Assembly: GCA_002269645.1 (NCBI GenBank)
Contig: NIVC01001459.1
Span: forward strand, 222,130-286,129
Source: Macrostomum lignano
Taxonomy: Eukaryota
Direction: 5' to 3'
DNA: 64,000 bases
Under the pieces are notes generated by a model. It worked only from the letters and a program-made list of their open reading frames with translations, was not told where the DNA came from and did not search any database. Positions 11,179 to 29,899 of the stretch are shown here, piece by piece. The position numbers and the translations under genes are program-made. Position 1 is the stretch's first letter; the number at the start of each line of letters is the position of its first letter.

Positions 11179-11645
11179 ATTTGTGGCATTCCATTCTCTA
11201 ATTTTCCTTTCGCCACGCAGCCACTCCCCAAACAAAGTAGAGTTTTAATTAGGCAAATTCAACCCATCATGCCATGCCGCCCACTGCTCGCTGGGCCCAT
11301 ATGAACAAACCATTTGCGTCAGTCGTAAAACAGTCGTAGAAAGGGCCCTTTCTGCCGCCAATGTTTGCTGAAATAGCAGCTCAACACAGTAGCATTATTG
11401 GCATTATAAAAATAGTTTTCAGTTCCTGATTACGTAATCTCCTTTTAATAAATGCAAACAGTAGCTTCTCTGACTGCTTCTCAAATCACTAGGAAATTTT
11501 TAAAGGCAATATTTTTGAGTGATTTAGTTACTACTCATGACTTTACACTAGTAGTAATGTATACATTTAGATACAAAATTAAGAGTCGTATTGATATTGT
11601 AATATTACATTTGTTAATTATAAATTACTATAGTTGACTTTGCAA

Positions 11646-12275
11646 ATGATTATTTGATGACGCAATAACGTGCCATTTTGATGATTATTTGATGACGCAA
11701 TAACGTGCCATTTTGATGATTATTTGATGACGCAATAACGTGCCATTTTGATGATTATTTGATGACGCAATAATGTGCCATTTTGATGATTATTTGATGA
11801 CGCAATAACGTGCCATTTTGATGATTATTTGCTGACGCAATAATGTGCCATTTTGATGATTATTTGATGACGCAATAATGTGCCATTTTGATGATTATTT
11901 GATGACGCAACAATGTGCCTTTTTGATGATTATTTGATGACGCAACAATGTGCCATTTTGATGATTATTTGATGACGCAACAATGTGCCATTTTGATGAT
12001 TATTTGATGACGCAACAATGTGCCTTTTTGATGATTATTTGATGACGCAACAATGTGCCATTTTGATGATTATTTGATGACGCAACAATGTGCCTTTTTG
12101 ATTATTATTTGATGACGCAACAATGTGCCATTTTGATGATTATTTGATGACGCAACAATGTGCCATTTTGATGATTATTTGATGACGCAATAATGTGCCT
12201 TTTTGATGATTATTTGATGACGCAATAATGTGCCTTTTTGATGATTATTTGATGACGCAATAATGTGCCATTTTT
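11646..12275. repeat. Intronic minisatellite, 35-bp unit (ATGATTATTTGATGACGCAATAACGTGCCATTTTG)
   Basis: ATGATTA recurs at 11646 and 11681 and onward. Confidence 0.95.
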
Positions 12276-12414
12276 TCTAGATTATTCTCTTAGACTCTTT
12301 TTCGATACAGACTGCATTTTGAAAGTTTCCACTGTGCTTACATTGCGATTTAGTTCCATAGTAACTAATGGAAACTATCAAACTATAAAAATATTTTGCG
12401 TTTCTTTTCCCCAG

Positions 12415-12591
12415 CGCAAACTGGCAGAGGAGCTGAGCCAGCGGACGCGCAAGCACACGCGTACCATTCAAGACGGCGCCCTTGACAACATCATGTCGGA
12501 CTTCAATCGAGGCGCTCTGCTAGTTGACGACGGTTTTAAACGGAAGCGGAAAACTGCCGCGAATACTGGAGAGCCGGTGGCTGCTCAGTGA
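12415..12591 (+). CDS. FMNL: FMNL-class formin terminal exon with DAD-like motif and stop
   Basis: Strong acceptor tttcttttccccAG|CGC. DGALDNIMSDF followed by basic KRKRK matches the FMNL DAD (DGAIEDIIT.L + basic). TGA at 12589-12591. Confidence 0.88.
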   Translation, partial: RKLAEELSQRTRKHTRTIQDGALDNIMSDFNRGALLVDDGFKRKRKTAANTGEPVAAQ

Positions 12592-12719
12592 TTTCTGTGA
12601 ATAGTTTTTTTTGCTACTGTTGACTAAATTACTGACTTTGGTGAAACTTTGAAAATTTGTAAATCCATGATTGTTTTGTGTGAAGCTGAATAAGTTTTTA
12701 CAATCTATGAATTATGGAG

Positions 12720-13470
12720 AATTCAGGAATTAATTCAGTAATTTGGTGAATCCATAAAATTGGTGAATCGATTAAATCAGTGAATTCAGGAATTTGGTGA
12801 ATGCGGTAAATTGGTAAATCGGTTAAATCAGTGAATTCAGGAATTTGGTGAATCCATAAAATTGGTGAATCAATTAAATCAGTGAATTCAGGAATTTGGT
12901 GAATCGATTAAATCTGTGAATTCAGGAATTTGGTGAATCCATAAAATTGGTGAATCGATTAAATCAGTGAATTCAGGAATTTGGTGAATCGATTAAATCA
13001 GTGAATTCAGGAATTTGGTGAATTCATAAAATTGGTGAATCGATTAAATCAGTGAATTCAGGAATTTGGTGAATCGATTAAATCAGTGAATTCAGGAATT
13101 TGGTGAATTCATAAAATTGGTGAATCGATTAAATCAGTGAATTCAGGAATTTGGTGAATCGATTAAATCTGTGAATTCAGGAATTTGGTGAATTCATAAA
13201 ATTGGTGAATCGATTAAACCAGTGAATTCAAAAATTGGTGAATCGATTAAATCAGTGAATTCAGGAACTTGGTGAATCCAAAAAAATTGTGAATCGATTA
13301 AATCTGTGAATTCAGGAATTTGGTGAATCCATGAAATTGGTGAATTGAATAAATCAGTGAATTCAGGAATTTGGTGAATCCATAAAATTGGTGAATCGAT
13401 TAAATCAATTAATTCAGGAATTTGGTGAATGCGGTAAATTGGTGAATCGATTAAATCCGTTAATTCACGA
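12720..13470. repeat. Composite minisatellite built from TTGGTGAATC sub-units (alternating longer and shorter units)
   Basis: Recurring GGAATTTGGTGAATC, AAAATTGGTGAATCGATTAAATC and AGTGAATTCA blocks. Confidence 0.9.
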
Positions 13471-14369
13471 AATTAGTTATTCATAAAAATCATGGAAACA
13501 ATGACTTTAATTTTTTCCACTGTTATTAATATTGTTACAAACAAAAGTTTCTGTGAATGCGTGAATTATCTATGTGAATAAACTTATAATGTTCATGTCG
13601 CACTATTCTAAATTCACAATTCAAGCCTCTCAGTTCTTCCAACATTTAACAGATATCAATGCAATACAATGGGTCCCATGATTGGCCCAGTTGACCGTAA
13701 TTAATTTCGTTTGTTAATTCTTCTTTTCGATTTTTTTCCTGTATGCGCGTTTTTCACGCAAAAAAAATTAACAATGGTTGTCATTTTTCACCAGCCTTTT
13801 TCTACAAGATAGTTGTTAGCTTCTAGTGTCTATTTTTATATCTCTATTTACCGAGCAAATTTCATTTACAATACTCGTATCAGCCTACTTGTACCTACTT
13901 CAGCAGTAGTGTAGTCGACATGTTTATTGTTTTCTGTATTTTGTTGCCGAAAAGAAATCGACAATAATATTTAATTTAGAAGTTTCATTTTTTCTGCATA
14001 CTACTACTGATCGAATGTAAGTAGCTTGTTGAGGGGATGTTTTTTGTATGATTAGTGCCTATTTATTTATTAAGGTTTCAATATGCACCGCTATTTAGTT
14101 TTTGTGTGCAGCATATCGTCACCGGCTGGCCTGTACATAACTTACTCTTATGGTTGAGGCTCCTGTGTGCATGTCAAAAAATTGATAAACTTTCTTATAT
14201 ATCTATCAGTTTATATAAATTCTTTCAATTCCTAACTGCGTTGTTTTACCTCATTAAAACAGGAAAATTATGTTTATTTGATTATTAACTATTTTGATTC
14301 CTAATCTGTAAGCTTGGCTTATGATATGCATATAGGCCTTGCACACTGCTTTCTGACCAAATATGAGTT

Positions 14370-14850
14370 TTTCTGTGACCCGTTGACCTTTGGCCCCGTT
14401 GCACTGTGCCCCACTGACCTTTGACTTGTCCCACTGTGACGCATTGACCTTTTATTCGTTCCACTGTGACCCATTGACCTTTGACCCCGTTGCACTGTGA
14501 TGACCCATTGACCTTTGACCCGTTCCAGTTTGATGACTCATTGACCTTTAACACGTTCCACTGTTGACCCGTTGACCTTTGACCCGTTCTAATGTGATCA
14601 CTCATTGACCTTTAACACGTTCCACTGTGACCCGTTGACCTTTGACCCCGTTCCAATGTGATCACTCATTGACCTTTGACCCCGTTGCATTGTGACCCGT
14701 TGACCTTTGACCCCGTTGCACTGGACCCATTAACCTTTAACCCCATTGCACCGTGACCCATTGACCTTTGACCCGTTCCATTGGGGCCCATTGATGTTCA
14801 ACCCATATTTGACCCGTTTGTTTGCGACCCATTGACCCGTTATAGTGACC
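14370..14850. repeat. Degenerate ~30-33-bp minisatellite with TGACCTTTGACC core
   Basis: About a dozen TGACCTTT(G/A)AC motifs. Confidence 0.85.
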
Positions 14851-15409
14851 CGCTAAAATCGACAACTATTGTATCACGGCATAATATACTAAAGATATTG
14901 GCCTGTCAATATTATCTTAAATTCAGTAGTATGCCTATGTAATCAGTGTTCTCTGTGTTAAGAAAATTGTTTATGAGCAATTCCTACTCCACCTCTGTAG
15001 AACTATTTCTATCAATATAGAATTGTTATGCTGTTAATCATGAGCGAGTATTTCATCAGGTCTTGCTTCGAGAACAATATATTCTATCCGTTGATAATTT
15101 AGTTAGTATTACTGGAATATCGTGTGGACTTTTTCCTAACTAAAACAAAAAATATATCTTACAGTTTTGCTCGTTTGTTCAACGGGTAAAGTTTTCTGAA
15201 ACTGTGCTGTTCTCGCGAATTCGCTTATTGACTGAAAAATTGGAAATCGACTTTGTGTATTCATTTCGGGACGACAAACAAATGAAAATGCCTAAATAAT
15301 TCGCTAATCTTCTGATTGGAGCTCATTGCTCAAGTCCTGAAAATATTATTTCCTTAGTAAACTTTTCCTGCTTGTTGATATTTAGTTAGTCAGTTGGTTA
15401 GGGTAATTA

Positions 15410-15475
15410 CTTTGTTAGTTATTTGGTTAGTTAATTAGTTAGTCAGTTAGCTAGTTAGTTAGTTAGTCAGTTAGC

Positions 15476-15511
<36 letters not shown>

Positions 15512-15576
15512 CAGTTAGTTAGTTAGTTAGTTAGTTAGTCAGTCAGTCAGTTAGTCAGTTAGTCAGTTAGTTAGTC

Positions 15577-15607
<31 letters not shown>

Positions 15608-15852
15608 CAGTCAGTCAGTTAGTCAGTTAGTTAGTTAGTTAGTTAGTTAGTCAGTCAGTCAGTTAGTCAGTTAGTCAGTTAGTCAGTTAGTTAGTTAGTT
15701 AGTTAGTTAGTCAGTTAGTCAGTTAGTTAGTCAGTCAGTTAGTCAGTTAGTTAGTTAGTTAGTCAGTTAGTCAGTTAGTTAGTCAGTCAGTCAGTTAGTC
15801 AGTTAGTCAGTTAGTCAGTTAGTTAGTTAGTTAGCCAGTTAGTTAGTCAGTC

Positions 15853-15899
<47 letters not shown>

Positions 15900-15960
15900 C
15901 AGTTAATTAGTCAGTTAGTTAGTCAGTCAGTCAGTTAGTTACTCAGTTAGTTAGCTAGGT
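15410..15960. repeat. Mixed (TTAG)n/(TCAG)n tetranucleotide microsatellite
   Basis: Direct observation. Confidence 0.95.
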
Positions 15961-16504
15961 AATTAGTCCTTAGGTAGCTGAAGACCTGACCGAAATGTAC
16001 ATGTATAGCAGCCATAACTATATCCAATAGCAGTGTTCAGGAAGGAGAGCTATTATGCATGAAATTGCAGCTGAATGTATTGCTTACATTTATGCTTATA
16101 TATACAATTGATATCAGTTTGCAAATCTCAGCTTGCGTGCAGTTAACTTGAACTGTTGAAGTCAAAATTGCCTGTCTACACTGAATAAACAGCGCAGTTG
16201 CTGTGAGTGAATTCAGCATCAGAAACATTTTTGCTGCCAAATAAATTATTTAACTGCTAAATATATATTTATTAGGGGTGTCTTCCTGCGGACATGGCTT
16301 ACCAAGAAAACTTTATCTTGATAAACTCTTTCTGCGACAATTTGACTGTTGTCACAATTCCACAAGGTGAACCAGCCCCAAAAGGCACAGATCGAGATTG
16401 TACACGCCTGAAAGTCAAAGAATCCAAACTAAGAAATGCTAGGAAACTTCCGATCGGTTGTGTCGGTGTCGAGTACATCGTAAGCCAAAGCGGTATCGGT
16501 AATT

Positions 16505-16815
16505 AAGGGGGTTTATGTACATCCTGGCGCACTTTAACCGACATTGTCACAACCGACGAGAGACATTACTGCCCATTCCGCCGACCCCCCCCCCCCTGAG
16601 CAGGCACACAAGCGCGCGGATACGTACGCAGTCATACGCACAGGTACACACTCAGACAGGGAGTGTACATCGGCCCTACTAAACTTTATTTATCGTTAGG
16701 CATGTACACTTCACTGTGCCTTGGGGGGGGGGGGGGGTCGGTCCTCAAGGGCGTTAATTGCACGAGCAGAGCCAAGCCGAGATTCCAATTTTAGCCCAAT
16801 ATATTAATGTGGCTG
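16505..16815 (-). mobile_element. tRNA-derived SINE family B, copy lacking its 5' head
   Basis: Near-collinear match to 39120-39415. Confidence 0.8.
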
Positions 16816-16849
16816 CACTTGGAATCGAGCCGTTGACCGTTATTACTTA

Positions 16850-17070
16850 TCATTAAGTATTAATCATCATGCTTATGAGGGGGGTCGCCACACACACCCT
16901 CAATTACCCCAGCTAATGCTGGCGCCCATTTTACAGCTGGGTGAACTGAAGCAATGCAGAATTAAGTATCTTGCTCAAGGACACAAATTGTTCCGAGTTG
17001 GTCAAGAATCGAACCCCCGACCCTTTAGTCGTGAGTCCGACGCTCTAACCACTAGGCTGCAACCCCTCCC
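16850..17070 (-). mobile_element. tRNA-derived SINE family A (CORE-like central domain)
   Basis: A/B-box head and GAGCAAGA.ACTT...CAGTTCACCCAGCTGTAAAATGGG core; matches 27471 and 41842. Confidence 0.85.
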
Positions 17071-18009
17071 CACTAAGTGAACCCACTGAGCCAGTCAATG
17101 ATTACAATTGGATCATAATAGCCTAGAAATACGCATACAAGTCATGACCAAGTCCAGAGGGTAAGAAACACTGCCAATATTATGCTTAAGAAATGCCTGA
17201 AAATCTAAAAATGTGAGTGCTCAGCATTCTTCTGCTTTTACGAGATGGAGCTGGGCGTATAAACCTTCCATACTTTGTAGCAGTCCCTCTCTCTCCTCAA
17301 AGTGTACAGACATTGGCAGCATGCTCAAAAAAGATTCCCCAACCCCCATCCCAGGGAGGCCGTGATGAGGCCTGTAAGTGATGGGGAAAATTTTGGTAAG
17401 CACGCTTCGAAATTTCGTCCCTCCATCCCACTTGCCTTACCTTCCCTCGCCCTCCTCACTGACCAGCGGCCTCTGTACACAGGCAGGGAGTGGATAAGAT
17501 AAAGCTTAAAAATCCTTAGTTCTTGCTTTGCGAATTGCTTCAATGAAGGAAGCACATTGTGATAGCGGCCTAAGTAAACGGCCTTCATAAGAAAGCTCAA
17601 AGGATCGCTACACTCTTGGCGGTAGGTTTGAAAAATGCAACATTTTGTGATACACTAGAAAATTTGTCTAATTCGTTACATTTTTGGTTTTGAAGCAAGC
17701 AAAGAAAAGAGGCTCTGTCGAATATCCAAAATCGTAGTTTAATTAGTAGTTGAAAGTGCGCCAGGCAAATCCCTAAATTCTTTGTTGGTTTAACAATAAA
17801 AAAATCATACGATTTTTCAACTTGATTTGCCCCTATGCTCAGGTTTTAGTCATCTATTGCTTTGGAAACTTCAAGATTGAGATCTTACGTTAAAAATATT
17901 CTCTCCATTCTACATAATACATGCCTACACAGAAGTATATATTAGCGTTTCCTTGTGTTATTTTGAGTCACTTTTTGCCTTGCACACTGATTCCTATCAC
18001 CGGAACATA

Positions 18010-18375
<366 letters not shown>

Positions 18376-18929
18376 ATAATAACCCTGAGGAACAATATAC
18401 AATATTCGAAGTATCGGAACTTCGCTTAAAACATCTGCATTACCGTCCAAGGATTTCTCTATAACTAGAACCTGGATGAGAAACCAAAGTAAAAAAGTTT
18501 TTTTATGTGTACCAACTTAGGCCTTCAGCTAAAATGAATATTTTGCTGGGGAGACTCGATCTGTTCATCTCTCCCTAACCCTTTCTTCTCTTCCCCCAAT
18601 TGTTCCCATTCATCCCATAACCTTCGAACACTGTTGGAACCCAAATGACTCAACAACCTCCGCTAGCAATGGGTCGCTCATTGTGAGTTTTCGGACAGCA
18701 GGGTAAGACACTGTGCATTGCATTGATGAAGGAAATGAGGAATGGACATACAGAAGTTTGATGAGGAAGACTTTTTGGCCCCTCATTTTTCCACTGACTA
18801 ATTTTGCGAGTACATTCTTCGTCAGAGTCTTCTCTGGCAAATAAATTTGACAGCCAAAGCTCGGAAGCCGTTCGAATTTTCAACGCAAATATATATCCAC
18901 CATACTATATCTTTTCTAAAACTCCAAAA

Positions 18930-19342
18930 TCATCAAGTGCTGGGCCTAAGAGCGACTATAAAAGCGAGCTTTTTCCTTTGGGGGTGACTCTGCAGTCTGC
19001 ACTTGATTCTAATCCTATGTGATGAGGCGCTGAAAGCCAAGCGGATAAAAGCGAACCCAAGAAAAGGCTCTGATGCTTCAAAGCACGCTAAAATTTGTTC
19101 GTTGTATTGTGCGCCGTCAGACTTCGCGGACCCGACTCGAACCCACAACGACGTTATGAAACTCTCGCCGCTGAAATGCAGGTACTTGAAATGGTACCGT
19201 GCCCAGCATATTCTCAATGCGCGGTCCTACTTGTCTAAAACTCCTGGCGATCGAACGACCATCTGCTTCAAATAATCTCTTCTGCTCGAATTAAAAAGGA
19301 AAAAGAACGATTGGAGGCTCAGTGTGAAGCTTTTTCTGCTCA
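18930..19342 (+). pseudogene. Decayed THAP-domain ORF (P-element-transposase-like N-terminus)
   Basis: HAKICSL..SDF and, across a frameshift, LK-GTVPSIF resemble the THAP CSxHF..DF and LK..AVP(S/T)IF motifs; a short coiled-coil-like stretch follows. Confidence 0.45.
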
Positions 19343-19353
19343 GTAACATTTGA

Positions 19354-19993
19354 TGGACTTGCTGATGGTCCTGCTGATGGACAGGCGACAGAGCTTCCGC
19401 GTTGTCAGCAGTTCGTCTACCTCGGCGGTCTGGTTCCCAGCTTTGGTGAGGATTTGCGGCGTCGCCGCGGGCTTGCCTGGGCTGCCTTTCGTTCTGATAG
19501 AGCAGTCCTGCAGTCCGAGGCCCTACCTGACCGCCAGAGGGCGTCGTTGTTCCAGACGGTGGTCAAGACCGTCCTGTTCTACAACGCCGAGATCTGGACG
19601 CTGATGGATTCGCTCGAGCAACAAGTTGACGCGGCGCATGCTGGCCTTCAAGATCGGCTACGAGTGAGTGACCAATGCGGCATTGTATCACTGCGCTGGC
19701 CTGGTCCGTCTAAGCGACCTGTTGGGTCAGATACTTGCGACTCCAGCTGGCAGACCACATCATCCGCGCCGAGTCGTACTGCCCACAACCGGTGCAGGAG
19801 GTGCTGCTTCTGACGCTGCAGGCACCATACCGGCGGGGCAGGCGCTCAATCGGCGTTTCGATGACTGCCTGCTGGCTGACGACGGCGCCCCGGGTTCGCC
19901 CGGCGGCGTGGCGTTCGTTCGCGACCTGGCCTTGAGACGCGCTCTGTGACGCTGACTGCGTATTCTGTTGTTGTTTTTGTTTGCTTTTTGTCG
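19354..19993 (+). mobile_element. 5'-truncated RTE-like non-LTR retrotransposon (RT C-terminus plus 3' tail)
   Basis: QQFVYLGG...RRRRGLAWAAF...VLFYNAEIWTL motifs; TGT/T-rich tail; 11-bp TSD GTAACATTTGA at 19343-19353 and 19994-20004. Confidence 0.8.
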
Positions 19994-20406
19994 GTAACAT
20001 TTGAAAGACTAAATCAGCACGCTTGTCGCTTTCTGATTTCTGAATCTCTGATGCTGTTGAAGAACACAGAAGGTTCAGCTGCCTTGCTTGAGCTTCCTTT
20101 CCTGCCTTGGTCATCAATAAACTATAGTCACTCAAGCATTTATTGCCTTGGCACTGGTATATAAATGGGGAATATATACCATTTATTCACCATAATCCAC
20201 AGTTTTCTCGTTCTTTCTTCACGCGTCCAGCTCTGCGGCCTACAGAGTGTTGTTCGTTCTCTGTTGTCGTTGTGTATTTTTAACAATAGCAATAACAGAA
20301 ATCATAGGACTTTGTTTTGAACTTATTATCATTAATTTCAACTTTATAACAAATTTACTGTTATTAACTTAACTTTTTTAACTTATTATCCAAGATTAAA
20401 AACGTA

Positions 20407-26290
<5,884 letters not shown>

Positions 26291-27318
26291 TTAAAACAAT
26301 AAAGATTAATATTTAGTCAGAATTAGTGTAAAACTAGTTTTGTGGGGAATACAGGGCTAGAATAGCGCTCGTTGGTGGGCCTAAGTTGGTACGCCCCCAC
26401 ACAGAGGTTTCTCATCCAGGTTCTAGTTATAGAGAAATCCTTGTACCGTCCTGTGTCAGTGCTTTGGGGTTTGAGGACTCTTCCCTCTCTGTCCCCTTCT
26501 CTCCCTCGATCAATTCCCGAGTCCTTTCTTTCATTGAGGGGTTGAGCGCTCCCTGTTACGCAGCCTGCTTTGTGAAGGTGATTTCCATCGCCTAAAGGTG
26601 TAGGGGCAATGGGAGATTTGTCTCAGTTCTAGCCGGCTCCCGAATAGACGAAAAACGCGCCGACTGAGTGAGTCGCCTACAACCCCACTCCCTCCCTGCC
26701 TCCCATCCCTCCTGTCCATCACGAGTTCCTTGTGCGGTTTTGCATCCCGCCCCCCCCCCCCGACGTTCCCCTGCGCCCGCCCCATCCATCCATCTTCCTT
26801 TTGAGTCTTATTATTTGCTTTTCTATCCAGGAACCCCTGCACCACAACCTCTTGGACGAAAGGTCTCGGTCGGTTATTTCTATATGGGAGGAGGATTGTC
26901 TATTCTAAGCTCAATCTATCAATCACTCTACTAGCTCAAGCTCAATCTCAGAATAACACTCGCATCCAGCACAAACTAGCTTTGTATAAGCTTTACTATG
27001 ATACAGTGTTAGCTATCGTGACTATTTCGGCTCGTGTGCAAGCAATTCTGTCAGTATAATTTGGCTTTTTATATGTTTAAACCTTATCTTGGGGCTGAGG
27101 CCTGTACAGTGTTAAAAGAATTCAGATTTGTCACCCAGGCACAAGCGAACAAGTAGTCCTGTGATTGCAGTTGTTGTACAGTACTGATAAAGCACTTCTA
27201 CGTCTTTACCTATTTAAAGTGTTTATAAATTTATCTGTATATTTACCAGGCCTAGCTATAATTCTTTCAGAACCGAAACACTAATTAACGAGCAAGTATC
27301 TCAGGAACCCAGGAAGCA

Positions 27319-27442
27319 ATGCGCATTGGACTGTTCTGCTATTTTCGACGATGGAACAGCTTGATTTCATCGGCAAGAGGAAGGAGGCAGCTTCGCTGGT
27401 TGCTAGCGGCCTGCTGTTTGACAGTTCTGCTTGGATGGCAAA
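27319..27442 (+). CDS. GT10 alpha-1,3-fucosyltransferase copy 1, exon 1 (cytoplasmic tail and type II TM anchor)
   Basis: MRIGLFCYFRRWNSLISSARGRRQLRWLLAACCLTVLLGWQ; donor A|GTGAG (phase 1) joins 27844 in frame; conserved in copy 2. Confidence 0.8.
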
Positions 27443-27470
27443 GTGAGTCTTTACTAAGCTTATCGTAGTA

Positions 27471-27660
27471 GTTGTAGCCTAGAGGTTCTGAAGCCCAGTG
27501 GTTAGAGTGTCGGACACACGACTTAAAGGTCGGGGGTTCGACTCTTAACCAACTCGGAACAATTTGTGTCATTGAGCAAGACGCTTAACTCTTTGCTTCA
27601 GTTCACCCAGTTGTAAAATGGGTGCCAGCATTAGCCATAGGGTAATTGAGGGTGTGTGAT
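27471..27660 (+). mobile_element. SINE family A in FUT copy 1 intron 1
   Basis: tRNA-like head and core as at 41842. Confidence 0.8.
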
Positions 27661-27843
27661 AAGTCAAATGGGCGGAATCAGATCAATTGTTGCTATCATT
27701 ATGCTCACTGGAGATTGTAACACTCCAGCATGCAAAAGGAGAATTGCAAGCTGCAGCATTAACCTCATAATCTAAAAATGCGCCCGAAACAACCTAGCTA
27801 AGTTAGGGAACTGATGAATCCTTCCAAACTCAACACCCGTCAG

Positions 27844-28459
27844 TTCTGATGCAAAACGATCTGGAACTCCGTGACCTCGCCGCTCTGGTCCGCGACCGAC
27901 ACGCTGCCGCTGAGATCCAATTCGCTCTGTCGGAGAACTCGCCGTTGGCTACCAGCGTTGGTTGTCCAGCCAACGCCACCTGTATCGGCTTGGCTACCAG
28001 AATCTTCCGCAGCTACAGCTACTGGAATGAGGTGCTGCAGCCTAGCCTGGTGCCTGCCTGCGCCTCCAACTGCCGGCTCATTGCTGACCATTCGCAGGCC
28101 CACGCGCTGCTGTTTCACGCCTACGATCTGCCCAGTCGGAGGCGTCTGCGTCGCATGCGACAGACGCTGCCGCGGAATCAGCTGTGGATCTACTACAGCA
28201 TCGAGAGTCCGATGCAGATGACTACTCAACGATGCGGCCAGCATTGCTTGAAAGCGACCTGGTTATCCTTTGTTGACGACACTCTGGCCTACTTTAAACA
28301 GTTCACGTTTCCTTCCTACCTGTTGCGAGAATACCCGGACACTACAGAGGAGGCGACTTACTTTAATTGGACGATGACTTACCGACGCGATTCGACAATC
28401 TACACACCCTACGCTCGGTTTGAGCCGGTTGTCAGCGCGACTGGAGAGAAGCATAGCGG
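27844..28459 (+). CDS. GT10 alpha-1,3-fucosyltransferase copy 1, exon 2 (N-terminal GT10 domain)
   Basis: NCRLIAD...HALLFH, WIYYSIESP and YFNWTMTYRRDSTIYTPY are Glyco_tran_10_N motifs; donor GG|GTAAG. Confidence 0.9.
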
Positions 28460-29190
28460 GTAAGTAAGATAGCAGCTACTTTAGCGTGCACTGTTGTAGG
28501 CTTCACAGCTACATCCTGCTTAAATCCCGATGAAAACGTTACCGTGACAAGAATTTCTAAGTATTCATTGCAAGAAACTCACTAGTGACTCTTGCGATTC
28601 TTGGGTGAATCTTGTACGACTCAAATGACTTTAATGCGACGGAGAGGCGACTTTGAAAGTCACGAGCGCGCATCACGTGAATTCTAGAATCGCAGGGAGT
28701 CGTGAAAAAGTCGTCCATGCTTGTCGTCGAGTCTGTTTGTTATTAGTCTGCCTAACTTTCTACTAACTTAAGTAGATCATGTAGTGACGCAGGTGCGCTT
28801 TAGACACAACTCAGTGATTCTAGAGTGACTCTCGCTAGCACGCCTCAGATACGACTCTACGGCCCCAGAGTCGTTATAGCCTCAAATTGACTCTCAGGCG
28901 TCTCTTTGACGACTTTTTGGCTACTTGTACCGTTACCTTCAAAAACTCTGAAGCGACTTTGGGACGCTTCTCGGCATATAGGTACCGTTTTCATCGGGAA
29001 ATATTTAGCTTACAAGCATATGTTCCACCTCTTCCCAATCCCTTCCTAACATAACGAGTACTCAGAATCCCTTAATTCACTGATTGAATTGATGCCAGAA
29101 TTGAATTAGCTACCTTTAATTACAAGCTAGAGGAATTAAACTGCCTCGGAATTATGAAATTTTGAATCGGAACCGCTGCCCTACTTCCAG

Positions 29191-29833
29191 CCCGATCGCT
29201 CTGCCTCCGAAAGTCTCCCTTGCCGAGAAGAGATTCCTCAGCTTCATAGCCGTGTCCAACTGCTATCCGTCCAACCGTCGGCAAGAAATTCTGACGGAGC
29301 TCGCCAAGCACATGGAGCTGCACTTTTACGGACGTTGTGGCGACAGAGTACTGCCAGACAGTCAGAGCATGGTTGACCTTTCTAGACAGTACTATTTTCA
29401 CCTGAGCTTTGAAAATGTATTCTGTCGCGACTATATCACGGAGAAGTTCTACTCCAACGGGTTGTGGGGCCACGCGGTGCCAGTGGCATTTGCTGGCTAC
29501 TCCAAGGAGGAGCTCGAGGCCGTGGCCCCGCCGCACTCGTTTATCTACGCTGGAGACTTCAAGTCGCCAGCTGAGCTAGCCGAGCATTTGAAGAGTTTAG
29601 CGGCAAATTCTGAGAAGTACAACGCCTACCACCGCTGGAGACGAACCTTTGGCTTCGTAGACAACTACCGGAACCCGTCTTATAATGTGTTCTGCCAGAT
29701 CTGCCGCAAGCTGCAGCAGGCGCCCAATACTGCTGCAGAAGTGGACTTGAACAAATTCTATAATATTAGCCAGCAGTGTAGGCCGCTTGATTACAATCCT
29801 TTTTCTGCTCATAAAGTAGAGTTAATTAGCTGA
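29191..29833 (+). CDS. GT10 alpha-1,3-fucosyltransferase copy 1, exon 3 (catalytic)
   Basis: VSNC, HFYGRCG, YYFHLSFENVFCRDYITEK (alpha-1,3-FucT motif), PPHSFI..DF.SP.ELA.HL; acceptor ccctacttccAG is phase-compatible. Confidence 0.92.
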
Positions 29834-29899
29834 GTTTAATCATTGATTTCCAAGCAGTTGGCTCGCTTTTTTACTGTTATTTATCTCTTAAAGTAAAAG

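Noticed and set aside
661-13470. Tandem arrays as CRISPR arrays
   Set aside because: Units are contiguous with no unique spacers, there are no cas genes, and the context is eukaryotic introns.
15410-15960. Interstitial telomere
   Set aside because: TTAG/TCAG tetramers, not TTAGGG or TTAGG telomeric units.
15975-16012. Second hammerhead (CTGAAGA...GAAA)
   Set aside because: Stem II and stem I cannot pair.
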